From: a virus
Lineage: Duplodnaviria > Heunggongvirae > Uroviricota > Caudoviricetes
IMG/VR virus record: IMGVR_UViG_2778261168_000006
Reading direction: 5' to 3' (one strand)
Length of the DNA: 15,276 nt
The position numbers and the translations under genes are program-made. The notes beneath the pieces were generated by a model. That model was not told the origin of the DNA, made no database searches, and was given only the letters and a program-made list of their open reading frames with translations. Positions within the stretch are counted from its first letter, which is position 1, and every line of letters begins with the position of its first letter. Of this stretch, positions 8,305-15,276 are shown piece after piece.

Positions 8305-8493
8305 GGTGAAACAGGTGGAACAACCGTGTTTTACAAGGGCTGAAACTGTTCCACCTTCTGAAATAGTGAGGTGGAACAGGTGAAACGCCAGCCGATCCGC
8401 TGTTCCACCTTGTTACCCGCGATGTTTCACCTGTGCTGTGCATATAAATGCTTTGCAAAACAATGCGGTAACACATGTTCCACCTGTTCCACC
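8305..8493. repeat. iteron cluster (ori/crr-like): nine copies of GGTGRAACA / TGTTYCACC in both orientations
   Basis: Copies at 8305-8313, 8314-8322, 8370-8378, 8379-8387 (top, last one ends G) and 8347-8355, 8401-8409, 8423-8431, 8476-8484, 8485-8493 (bottom), in an intergenic stretch directly after the primase-helicase gene. The 9-mer resembles the P4 alpha-binding iteron TGTTCACC recalled from the literature. Confidence 0.6.
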
Positions 8494-8581
8494 GCATCAG
8501 GGACATAAAGCAGGCTGAAACAGAGGGCATTTTTATCTGGCTGGCTTTCATAGCCACGTCTGAATAACCGCAGACGCCCGT

Positions 8582-8650
8582 TGTGCCAGCCACCACACAC
8601 CGAGCGCCGGTAGTGCGCTTGTGTCAGCCACGACACAATTGTCGTAACGA
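8582..8650 (+). promoter_or_regulatory. candidate Ogr/Delta-activated late promoter for the sid-psu-delta operon
   Basis: TGT-N12-ACA dyad at 8582-8599 (TGTgccagccaccacACA), the spacing reported for P2/P4 late-promoter activator sites, about 55 bp upstream of a plausible start near 8645; AGGAG RBS at 8662-8666 before the ATG at 8672. A similar half-repeat TGTGTCAGCCACGACACA follows at 8621-8638. Confidence 0.4.
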
Positions 8651-8671
8651 ACCAACCCGACAGGAGAAGTC

Positions 8672-9415
8672 ATGAACAACACCGCAGAGAATAACGACCT
8701 TTCCACTTTTCCGGCTGTAACGCAGCGGGCACTGGAAACCCTTAATGTCGCCCGAAATGAGTGGCTTGAAGTTCGACGCCAGCAAAAAGCGGCAGCGGAT
8801 AATATTGCGACAATCCGCCAGCGCCGCGCTGAAATGGAAGCCACGACTAACGCGCTGAATGAGGAGTGGCGCACGCTGTTTCGTGAAAGTCAGGGCGTAG
8901 TCTCAAAGGAAATGAAAAAACTGCGCACGGAAATTGCGCTGGGACGAGAAACGCTTGAGGATTTTGATGAACTGCTGGCAGCTCAGGAAAGCGAAGATGC
9001 ATTTTTACCGCAGAAGGCTGCGCAACTGGCCGGACAGTATATCCACGCTCACGAAAACCTTCTGAGTATTCGCGCAAAACAAATCTGGGAAGATTTTATG
9101 CAGGCGCATGGTAAGGCTCTAATCCAGACGCTGAGCCTGCTCAAATCCACAATGGGACGGGAAGCCAGTGCTGTTACCGGAGTGGTGCATTCTGTAAACG
9201 ATCCGGACACACTGCTGAAAGACTTTATCCGCAAACATATCACCGAACCGGCACTCGCTAACGACGCGATGCCGGAACAGGACCCGGTGTTCAGACTGGC
9301 GGGCGTTGCACCGGATTATGCGGCCCGTCTGGATTTCAGTAAACAGCCCTCTCCTGCAGCTATTCATAAAATGAAGGTTCGTCAGGAACGTGCCGGGAAG
9401 GAGAAATCAGTATGA
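8672..9415 (+). CDS. sid: Sid-like external scaffold (capsid size determination) protein, 247 aa
   Basis: First gene of the late operon; size close to P4 Sid as I recall it; Ala/Glu/Arg/Gln-rich helical sequence; shares the motif DFMQAHGKAL with the downstream Psu-like protein (NFMQANGAAL). Assignment rests on context and paralogy, not a search. Confidence 0.55.
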   Translation: MNNTAENNDLSTFPAVTQRALETLNVARNEWLEVRRQQKAAADNIATIRQRRAEMEATTNALNEEWRTLFRESQGVVSKEMKKLRTEIALGRETLEDFDELLAAQESEDAFLPQKAAQLAGQYIHAHENLLSIRAKQIWEDFMQAHGKALIQTLSLLKSTMGREASAVTGVVHSVNDPDTLLKDFIRKHITEPALANDAMPEQDPVFRLAGVAPDYAARLDFSKQPSPAAIHKMKVRQERAGKEKSV

Positions 9416-9963
9416 CGGCCCGGGCCACTCCTGCGCAGGCACTTACCAGTTTTCGAAATGCCCGTATTCTGTGGGCCGGACATAGTGAGAGCCGAAAAGC
9501 TGCTGAACAACAGATAGAATCTCTCCTCACTGCCACGGAAAAACCAGCAGATTATGCCCGACAGCTCGGGTTACTGCGGGAACGCCTGGATGTGCTGAAA
9601 TGGCAGATTAACTGCGCTGCGCGTGAGTGTATGTACTCGCAGCATCTGCTGATGGAGGCCTGCACAGAAGACGCTCTCAGCAATTTTATGCAGGCGAATG
9701 GAGCAGCCCTGACATCTGCACTGGCTCCGTTTCTTAAGGGGCGTGGAGGGGTTGACGTTGCGTCCCGTATGTTACGCAGTGCCCTGGTTCGACAGCTGGC
9801 AATAACACCGCCTGAAATCGCCGGGGATTATCGTGAGATTCTGGATGAATCCGGTGTGAGGCCTGACCCCAAGATGGTTCGTGACTGCCAGGGTACTTAC
9901 ACTCCGGCACAACATCTGCGCTTTCAGCAACGCCTGAATGACATTAACGATATGCAGGAGTGA
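9412..9963 (+). CDS. psu: Psu-like protein (polarity suppression / capsid decoration), 183 aa
   Basis: Start overlaps the sid-like stop (ATGA); motifs KWQINCAAREC, FMQANGAALTSALAP and TPAQHLRFQQR resemble P4 Psu as recalled; size close to P4 Psu. Confidence 0.6.
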   Translation: MTARATPAQALTSFRNARILWAGHSESRKAAEQQIESLLTATEKPADYARQLGLLRERLDVLKWQINCAARECMYSQHLLMEACTEDALSNFMQANGAALTSALAPFLKGRGGVDVASRMLRSALVRQLAITPPEIAGDYREILDESGVRPDPKMVRDCQGTYTPAQHLRFQQRLNDINDMQE

Positions 9964-9968
9964 TATTG

Positions 9969-10241
9969 ATGGCACTTAAATGTCCTGAATGCGGTACGAC
10001 GGCACACGCCAGAACCTCCGCCTATGAAGCTCCATCGGTTAAACGCTCATGGTATCAGTGCCAGAACCTGGAATGTTCCTGCACATTTACCGCACTCGAA
10101 AGTGTGGATACGATAATTATGAAGCCCCGGCGCAATGTAAATGTACCAGTCGAACCGGAGCAACCTGAAAAGCAGCAGAGAACGCTCAATCGCTATGGCT
10201 CCGCGTCAAAGCTGTCAGGCCGTCAGCAAATCCCGGTCTGA
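9969..10241 (+). CDS. Ogr/Delta-family zinc-finger late-gene transcriptional activator, 90 aa
   Basis: MALKCPECGTTAHARTSAY...RSWYQCQNLECSCTF..ESV matches the P2 Ogr signature (CPxC...AHARTS...YxQCQNxxCSxTF). ATG at 9969 with AGGAG at 9956-9960 preferred over the track's GTG at 9960. Single-finger size, unlike the duplicated P4 Delta. Confidence 0.8.
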   Translation: MALKCPECGTTAHARTSAYEAPSVKRSWYQCQNLECSCTFTALESVDTIIMKPRRNVNVPVEPEQPEKQQRTLNRYGSASKLSGRQQIPV

Positions 10242-10262
10242 TTAGCAAAAAACGCCCACGTA

Positions 10263-10289
10263 ATCCCGGTCCTGTACCGGGATTTTTTA
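10263..10289 (+). terminator. rho-independent terminator of the late operon
   Basis: Perfect 8-bp stem ATCCCGGT / ACCGGGAT with 5-nt loop, followed by TTTTTT (10284-10289), 22 nt after the delta-like stop. Confidence 0.7.
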
Positions 10290-10332
10290 CGCCTTTTCCC
10301 TGGCTGGCCTGAGAGCGCGTGAGTGCATGTCT

Positions 10333-10371
10333 ATGGCGCATGAAAACGCATGAGTATCATGCGCCATTTTT
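10333..10371 (+). other. second structured element: 11-bp inverted repeat plus T-run
   Basis: ATGGCGCATGA (10333-10343) / TCATGCGCCAT (10357-10367) with 13-nt spacer, followed by TTTT. Could be a tandem terminator or a protein-binding palindrome. Confidence 0.3.
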
Positions 10372-10440
10372 GACGCGAAAGCCCTTGTGCGGCAGCTTCT
10401 GAGACGATTTACGGGGTGCATGAAAACCAGTCTGTTAAGC

Positions 10441-10470
10441 GAAGCGGGCAGGCGGGCGGGGCTGTGCGAT
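10441..10470. other. GC-rich tract, candidate cos (packaging) site
   Basis: GGCAGGCGGGCGGGGCTGTGCG lies immediately after the late operon, where P4 has cos, and partly resembles the P2/P4 cohesive-end sequence as I recall it (GGCGAGGCGGGGAAAGCAC). Match is imperfect; hypothesis only. Confidence 0.3.
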
Positions 10471-10670
10471 GTTTGTATGCGACTCGTTTATTTTTCTTGG
10501 CTTTGTGTGCGGTAAGAGAGCCTATCAAGCTGGGCTTGGCGAAAGGAAGCGTATTTTCTATTGAGAAGCCTATAATTGCTCTGAGGCCTCGAGTATGCTT
10601 CAAACGCAGCTTACAAGGTTGATTATGTCACTTCGCTTTTTTTTGTCTTCTTCTGGGATGCTGGGAAAAA

Positions 10671-10699
10671 CTTCAAATCTGGCTAAAATTGAAGTAATA
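10671..10699 (+). promoter_or_regulatory. candidate sigma70 promoter for the cargo operon
   Basis: TTCAAA (10671-10676), 17-bp spacer, TAATAT (10694-10699) in an AT-rich leader about 90 bp upstream of the cargo start. No TGT-N12-ACA dyad was found here, so this operon is probably not Delta-dependent. Confidence 0.3.
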
Positions 10700-10786
10700 T
10701 CAGGCAGTCATACTGAATAATAATGTTACTAATTTTTCATTGAAACTATTAGCTTAGTGGTTTTCACACAGTAGAAAGGATTTAAG

Positions 10787-11710
10787 ATGAAAGTCAGACG
10801 AATTGGAATTTCTTTAACTAATAAAAATAAAACAATTCGCTTTTCCGATTTTATAAATTACTTAATCCCATTCAATGGGGAAAGAATGGGGTTTGATGGA
10901 GGGGAGCGCTTTTTCCTTTTCCACGAAGATGATGTGTTTTTTTCAGGTGTCGTTTTATCCTTTAAGGATCAGCGAAGAGATTGTAGGGCAAGATTTCAGG
11001 ATGGACAATTTACTATCCATACAGCTGATATTCTTGATGATGAAAAGTTGATTGATTTTAATTTTTTTGTTGTTAAGAAAAGCTCTTTGAAAGGCCTTTA
11101 CGAGTACTATCATAACTCTTGCAGTATACATGTTTTGTTTGCTTTGTTACGTAATAAATTCAATGCGTTGAAAGCGGAAAAAATTTCTAATTATATTGCT
11201 GATAATTTGGCTTTGGGGCGTGAAAAGGCTGAGGCTAAGGGTAAAAAGGAGTATGCAGGAAGACTCTCTACTTCTATCTTAATTGATAATAGAGATATAC
11301 CTACAGTCCTAGCTGAATACGCTAAGGTTAAGAAAATAGAAATGTTGTTTGATGCTCAGCAATTTGCTGTTGGGCATGCAGTTGCACTACAAAGGAGTTC
11401 GCGCGAGGTTAAAGTATCTTTTAATATCACGGATTCTGAACAATCGAATATTGATAGACTAACCCAAGGCGTAGTTGAGCTTGCAGGCAATGTAGGTTTC
11501 AAAAAAGGTAGTGTCAGTACTGTAGATAGTCATGATATAGAGCGAACTATTTCTATCTTAAATTGTCCTAAGAGATTAGGTGAGTGTGAGTTCGAAGATT
11601 TAGCTCATAGGATTGATGGCTTGACAGTGGAGAATTTTCATGAAAATGAAATACTTGTCGAGCTAAAAAGGGAAATAAACGAGGGGGAGTATCGTGCACT
11701 CTTTAATTAG
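10787..11710 (+). CDS. cargo gene A: hypothetical soluble protein, 307 aa, AT-rich; candidate component of an uncharacterised anti-phage system
   Basis: ATG at 10787 preceded by AAAGGA; AT-rich ORF with no hydrophobic segments; no known catalytic motif recognised by eye (no GS...DxD nucleotidyltransferase signature, no Walker A, no HxH/PD-(D/E)xK pattern I could place). Its 3' end overlaps gene B by 17 bp. Confidence 0.65.
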   Translation: MKVRRIGISLTNKNKTIRFSDFINYLIPFNGERMGFDGGERFFLFHEDDVFFSGVVLSFKDQRRDCRARFQDGQFTIHTADILDDEKLIDFNFFVVKKSSLKGLYEYYHNSCSIHVLFALLRNKFNALKAEKISNYIADNLALGREKAEAKGKKEYAGRLSTSILIDNRDIPTVLAEYAKVKKIEMLFDAQQFAVGHAVALQRSSREVKVSFNITDSEQSNIDRLTQGVVELAGNVGFKKGSVSTVDSHDIERTISILNCPKRLGECEFEDLAHRIDGLTVENFHENEILVELKREINEGEYRALFN

Positions 11711-12287
11711 ATATATAGCTCAGTTCCCTATGGCCAGTATTTTTAAACAAATGCTGGGTATTGTTATTTTCTCGCTAATCCTAGTGTGTGGTATTGCATT
11801 TCTGTATTATAAGTATGGATTCAGCATTACCTTAGAGAAAGATACTACTTTCTTTAATTATTATGAATCAAAAATAAGAGGGTATCTTTTTTCAGGCTTC
11901 ATTTCTGTTGGCTCTTTTTTGTTGTCATTACACACTTTTGTAATAGTAAATCTTAAAGATAAACTTTTTGATTCAGAAGCATATAAAAATAATTATATAG
12001 ATTTTAAAAGTCAACAGATTAGAAATTTCACCGCTGATATGATTAAACCATATGAGTACTATGCTCCTTTGAATGTTCTATCAGTCTTCCTTAATGTTTC
12101 TATATGGTTATCGATTATTACTGCTGTTATACAGTTTACACTTGGCTTTTATGATAACTCATATACAGCTCTTTTTTGTATGTACCTGGCTCTTGTGACT
12201 GTCCTCTTCCTCTTAAATTGCCTGATACTTATACGCTGTAACATTAAAGTTTGGCTAACACTTGAGCAAAAAAATAAACCTAAATAA
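11694..12287 (+). CDS. cargo gene B: hypothetical integral membrane protein, 197 aa, four predicted transmembrane helices; candidate effector/sensor partner of gene A
   Basis: GTG at 11694 preceded by GAGGGGGA (11681-11688); alternative ATG at 11730. Four hydrophobic segments (approx aa 20-38, 63-86, 126-150, 158-181) with positively charged flanks. AT-rich like gene A. Confidence 0.65.
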   Translation: MHSLIRYIAQFPMASIFKQMLGIVIFSLILVCGIAFLYYKYGFSITLEKDTTFFNYYESKIRGYLFSGFISVGSFLLSLHTFVIVNLKDKLFDSEAYKNNYIDFKSQQIRNFTADMIKPYEYYAPLNVLSVFLNVSIWLSIITAVIQFTLGFYDNSYTALFCMYLALVTVLFLLNCLILIRCNIKVWLTLEQKNKPK

Positions 12288-12291
12288 GCAA

Positions 12292-12332
12292 TGCCCCTAC
12301 CATTAAAGCATGAACTGAGTAGGGGCACTTTT
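12292..12332 (+). terminator. terminator candidate after the cargo operon
   Basis: 9-bp stem TGCCCCTAC (12292-12300) / GTAGGGGCA (12319-12327), 18-nt loop, followed by CTTTT. Confidence 0.35.
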
Positions 12333-12398
12333 GGGGGCATAAGAAAAAATATGGCAAATAAAGTCCTTTAATTTCAATTTGTTATGCTTATATTTTGT

Positions 12399-12415
12399 TC
12401 CTATTATCGGCACCA
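12399..12415 (+). repeat. attR core: duplicate of the tRNA-Thr 3' end (TCCTATTATCGGCACCA)
   Basis: Exact 17-bp copy of 1428-1444, no tRNA body attached; marks the right boundary of the island. Confidence 0.8.
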
Positions 12416-12541
12416 TTAAAATCAAAGAGTTACCCCATATTTAAATACACCACGTTTCCTCCTGTGCCGCATTTGTGCCATTGTAACCTTGGCAATTCAT
12501 CAAAATACTGTTCTGACATCAGGCAGTGCAGGTGCAGCTAT

Positions 12542-12880
12542 TTAAACCAATTGCTGCCGCCATTCTTTGACGTAGTCAATCAGGGCGCGGAGCTTTGGTG
12601 CAATATTGCGACGCTGTGGGAAATACAGATAGAAGCCCGGAAATTGTGGAAGAAAGTCATCAAGCAGCGATACAAGCTTACCGCTTTCAATATATGGCCT
12701 GAAAGTTTCCTGAGTGGCAATTGTTATTCCTCCGCCGGCAAGAGCCAGCCTCAACATCAGACGCAGATCATTAGTCGTAATCTGCGGTTCAATCGCAAGG
12801 TCGAAAGTTCTCCCGTTTTCTTCAAATGGCCAGCGATAAGGCGCAACCTCCGGGGACTGACGCCAGCCGATACACTTATG
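12542..12880 (-). pseudogene. LysR-family regulator remnant (C-terminal part of the effector-binding domain only; no HTH)
   Basis: C-terminal ~110 aa of the minus-strand ORF (HKCIGW...DLRLMLRLALAGGGITIATQETF...LYFPQRRNIAPKLRALIDYV) look like the end of a LysR substrate-binding domain. The N-terminal part of the track ORF is an out-of-frame overlap with paoD. Resembles the LysR fragment next to paoD in E. coli K-12 (yagP, from memory). Confidence 0.5.
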
Positions 12881-12930
12881 GGTATTTCCCCCGGAGGCGA
12901 GAAAGCGCTCTCCACGCCCGGCCGCAAGGA

Positions 12931-13887
12931 TCAGGACGACGGGGGCAGGCATGAATCCTCCTCCTGATGGAGACGTACAGAGGCGACTTCTGCCAGCACG
13001 GAGAGTGCCAGAGTATGCGCATCCCGGGCTTTGGGGAATATCCCGACGGGTGCCCGGATTTGCGTTGTTTCCTCCCTGGACCATCCCAGCTCGTGGAGCT
13101 TTTGCAGACGTAACGTGTGGGTTCGATAGCTGCCCAATGCGCCGAGATAAAAGGGTTTTGCTTCTCGCGCGGCCTGCAACACTGGCAGCTCCCGGTTGAG
13201 ATCATGGCACAGCAAAATGACCGCCGTATCGGTATCGATCTGAGCGCTGGCTGAGGCCGGAAAAAGATCGAAGATATGGCTGTCATAGCCTGTGGCTGCT
13301 GCAAGACTCGCAGTTGCCTGCGCCTCAAGAGAACGTCCGTAAATCATCAGCCTGACGCATGGCCTGAACCCCACCTCAAAGCCATTGAGATTCCAGCCCG
13401 TTCGGGTTTGCGTGGGCAGGCACACCAGCGATTGTGCTTGCGGATCGTAGCGCAGCCCCGCCGGTTTTCTCTGTTCCAGACGGTTCAGCACGGCGAGCAG
13501 AGGCTGTGCCGAGCGTAGTTTATGGAGCGTCAGCGTGATCCCACCGCCGCAGGGCAGAACGATGTCAAACCACGGCGAACCTTCGCCATAGCGAATTTCG
13601 CGATCGCGGCCTGAGCCCATCATCTCCAGCGCTTCAAAAGCGGCAGCGGCCTCCACGCAGCCGCCAGAGACAAAACCGCAGTAACGACCATCTTCGCGAA
13701 CCACCATCTGCGCCCCGAGCGGGCGCGCTGCGCCGCCGCGTATCTCCACCAGCGTCACCAGCACCGCTCCTTTACCGGACATTAGCGCCTCTACGGCGAA
13801 GCGCAGAATGGTCCGGTGGTCATCGGTGAGAAACGCCTGCTCTGGCTTATGCCAGTGTTCGTCTTTATCAAAAAGCGGGTATGACAT
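12931..13887 (-). CDS. paoD: XdhC-family molybdenum cofactor insertion chaperone for periplasmic aldehyde oxidoreductase, 318 aa
   Basis: Translation MSYPLFDKDEHWHKPEQAFLTDDHRTILRFAVEALMSGKGAVLVTLVEIRGGAARPLG... reads as E. coli PaoD (YagQ); strong AAGGAG RBS on the minus strand at 13893-13898. Confidence 0.85.
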   Translation of the reverse strand: MSYPLFDKDEHWHKPEQAFLTDDHRTILRFAVEALMSGKGAVLVTLVEIRGGAARPLGAQMVVREDGRYCGFVSGGCVEAAAAFEALEMMGSGRDREIRYGEGSPWFDIVLPCGGGITLTLHKLRSAQPLLAVLNRLEQRKPAGLRYDPQAQSLVCLPTQTRTGWNLNGFEVGFRPCVRLMIYGRSLEAQATASLAAATGYDSHIFDLFPASASAQIDTDTAVILLCHDLNRELPVLQAAREAKPFYLGALGSYRTHTLRLQKLHELGWSREETTQIRAPVGIFPKARDAHTLALSVLAEVASVRLHQEEDSCLPPSS

Positions 13888-13896
13888 TGTTTCTCC

Positions 13897-15276
13897 TTAA
13901 ACCACATCCGGCAGCTTATCGAGCAGCTTATCCAGAGTGATGGGATAATCCCGTACCCGAATACCGGTGGCGTTATACACCGCGTTGGCGATAGCCGCGC
14001 TCACGCCGCACAGGCCCAGCTCACCGACACCTTTGGCCTTCATCGGGGAGGATATGGGGTCGGTATCATCCAGGAAAATCACCTCCTGTTTTGGGATATC
14101 CGCATGGACCGGCACCTCATACCCCGCCATATCGTGATTAACGAAGTAGCCCAAACGGTCATCCACCGCCAGCTCCTCCATCAGTGCCGCGCCCATGCCC
14201 ATAGTCATTGCGCCAATGACCTGGCTGCGCGCAGTTTTCGGATTCAGGATGCGTCCTGCAGCACACACAGCGAGCATACGCCGGACCCGAACTTCTCCCG
14301 TCGCGCTATGCACGCCGACCTCCACAAAATGCCCGGCAAAGGTCGACTGCTGGTACTCTTTGCTCAGTGTTCCGAATTCAATGCTCTCTTCCGCTGTCAG
14401 TCTGCCGCCTGCGGTGGCTTCATGTAGCGTGGCGCTTCGGGTACCGTTGGTAATCTTGCCGTCGGCAAACTGCGACTGCTCAGGATCAAACCCGACTGCC
14501 GAGGCAATCATTTCGCGAAGCTTCATACAGGCGGCGTAAACGCCGGAGGTGGAGGTATTCGCGCCCCATTGTCCACCAGAACCCGCAGAAACCGGGAAAC
14601 TGGAATCGCCGAGGTGAACCGCAACCTGCTCCAGCGGTACGCCAAGCATTTCCGCTGCCGTCTGGGCCAGAATGGTGTAGCTGCCGGTGCCAATGTCGGT
14701 CATGTCCGTTTCTACGGTAACGGTGCCGTTTTGTTCGAGGTGAACCCGAGCACCCGATTTTTCCAGCAGATTATTGCGAAAGCCCGCCGCAACACCGTGG
14801 CCGACTAGCCACTCCCCGTCGCGCACCTGTCCGGGTGTGGCGTTGCGCTGCTTCCAGCCAAATTTATCCGCTCCGGTGCGCAAGCACTCGATAAGCTGAC
14901 GGCGAGAGAAGCAGCGCGTCGGGTCGGCGGGGTCAACCTGAGTGTCATTCAGGATGCGAAACTCGACGGGATCGATGCCCGCTTTTTCCGCCAGTTCGTC
15001 GATCGCGATTTCGAGCGCCATCAGACCGGGGGCTTCGCCGGGCGCACGCATGGCGTTCCCTTCCGGCAAATCAAGCGTGGCGAGCCGCAGGCCGGTATGA
15101 CGATTCGCCCCGGCGTAGAGTAATTCGCTTTGCTGTACCGCCGTTTCCGGCGTGCCGCCGGGCAGGTTTCCAGACCAGCTTTCATGTGAGATAGCGGTGA
15201 TTTTCCCGCTCTGGTCGGCACCGATACGCAAGTGCTGAAGGGGGGCGGGGCGGTGCGTGGTGTTATTGGGAATAGA
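13897..15276 (-). CDS. paoC: aldehyde oxidoreductase molybdenum-binding subunit, C-terminal ~460 aa (5' end lies beyond the window)
   Basis: Minus-strand frame stays open to the window edge; translation has the xanthine-dehydrogenase-family molybdopterin-binding C-terminal region; directly upstream of paoD as in the paoABCD operon. Confidence 0.8.
   Translation of the reverse strand, partial: SIPNNTTHRPAPLQHLRIGADQSGKITAISHESWSGNLPGGTPETAVQQSELLYAGANRHTGLRLATLDLPEGNAMRAPGEAPGLMALEIAIDELAEKAGIDPVEFRILNDTQVDPADPTRCFSRRQLIECLRTGADKFGWKQRNATPGQVRDGEWLVGHGVAAGFRNNLLEKSGARVHLEQNGTVTVETDMTDIGTGSYTILAQTAAEMLGVPLEQVAVHLGDSSFPVSAGSGGQWGANTSTSGVYAACMKLREMIASAVGFDPEQSQFADGKITNGTRSATLHEATAGGRLTAEESIEFGTLSKEYQQSTFAGHFVEVGVHSATGEVRVRRMLAVCAAGRILNPKTARSQVIGAMTMGMGAALMEELAVDDRLGYFVNHDMAGYEVPVHADIPKQEVIFLDDTDPISSPMKAKGVGELGLCGVSAAIANAVYNATGIRVRDYPITLDKLLDKLPDVV

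Larger units (their letters stand above)
1428..12415 (+). mobile_element. integrated P4-like (CP4-type) satellite prophage / phage-inducible chromosomal island at thrW, ~11 kb
   Basis: Flanked by 17-bp direct repeats; int adjacent to the tRNA; contains AlpA-like regulator, primase-helicase, iterons, Sid/Psu/Ogr-Delta late module; AT-rich cargo genes; backbone genes (proA left, LysR fragment-paoD-paoC right) on either side. Confidence 0.8.

Noticed and set aside
8305-8493. Possible CRISPR array
   Set aside because: The repeats are 9-mers in both orientations with irregular spacing and no spacers of uniform length; this is iteron architecture, not CRISPR.
8267-8874. Minus-strand ORFs 8267-8596, 8427-8636, 8548-8874 across the iteron region
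   Set aside because: The region is better explained as non-coding ori/late-promoter DNA; the ORFs run antisense through repeats and the sid-like start.
10409-10622. Overlapping small ORFs 10409-10603 (-) and 10416-10622 (+)
   Set aside because: Both span the GC-rich candidate cos tract, lack RBSs and give low-complexity translations; treated as non-coding.
10594-10719. 41-aa ORF (MLQTQLTRLIMSLRFF...) with a weak GAGG upstream, preceding the cargo operon
   Set aside because: Too short and too weakly supported to call; it would partly overlap the proposed cargo promoter. Could be a leader peptide, but there is no evidence beyond an open frame.
10787-11710. Cargo gene A as a CD-NTase (CBASS) or class-III cyclase (Pycsar)
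   Set aside because: I could not find a GS-x(9-13)-[DE]x[DE] nucleotidyltransferase motif or any cyclase signature by eye; left as unknown rather than forced into a family.
12395-13328. ORFs 12395-12967 (+), 12951-13199 (+), 12876-13328 (-)
   Set aside because: They run across attR or antisense/out of frame to the LysR remnant and paoD; no signals, composition-driven.
14104-15221. Plus-strand ORFs (14104-14427, 14195-14539, 14569-14808) and the minus-strand ORF 15021-15221 inside paoC
   Set aside because: Antisense or alternative frames of a conserved GC-rich gene.

Overview
This is an Escherichia coli-like chromosomal segment in which an ~11 kb P4-like (CP4-type) satellite prophage is integrated into the 3' end of tRNA-Thr(CGU) (thrW), downstream of proA. 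The island is bounded by a 17-bp direct repeat (1428-1444 inside the tRNA, 12399-12415 at the far end). It carries a P4-family tyrosine integrase, an AT-rich unknown gene coupled to int, an AlpA-like regulator, a divergent small RHH-type regulator with paired palindromic operators, and an early operon of small ORFs ending in an 890-aa zinc-ribbon/Toprim/P-loop primase-helicase. Downstream lie an iteron-rich ori-like region, a late module (Sid-like, Psu-like, Ogr/Delta-like) behind a TGT-N12-ACA late-promoter motif, a GC-rich candidate cos region, and an AT-rich two-gene cargo operon (307-aa soluble protein plus 197-aa four-helix membrane protein). That cargo operon sits where P4-like satellites carry variable anti-phage systems and is the best candidate for an undescribed system; the int-adjacent gene is the second. 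I could not assign either to a known family by eye. Right of attR the backbone resumes with a LysR-type fragment, paoD and the 3' part of paoC (window ends inside paoC). All family assignments are from reading the translations, not from searches.
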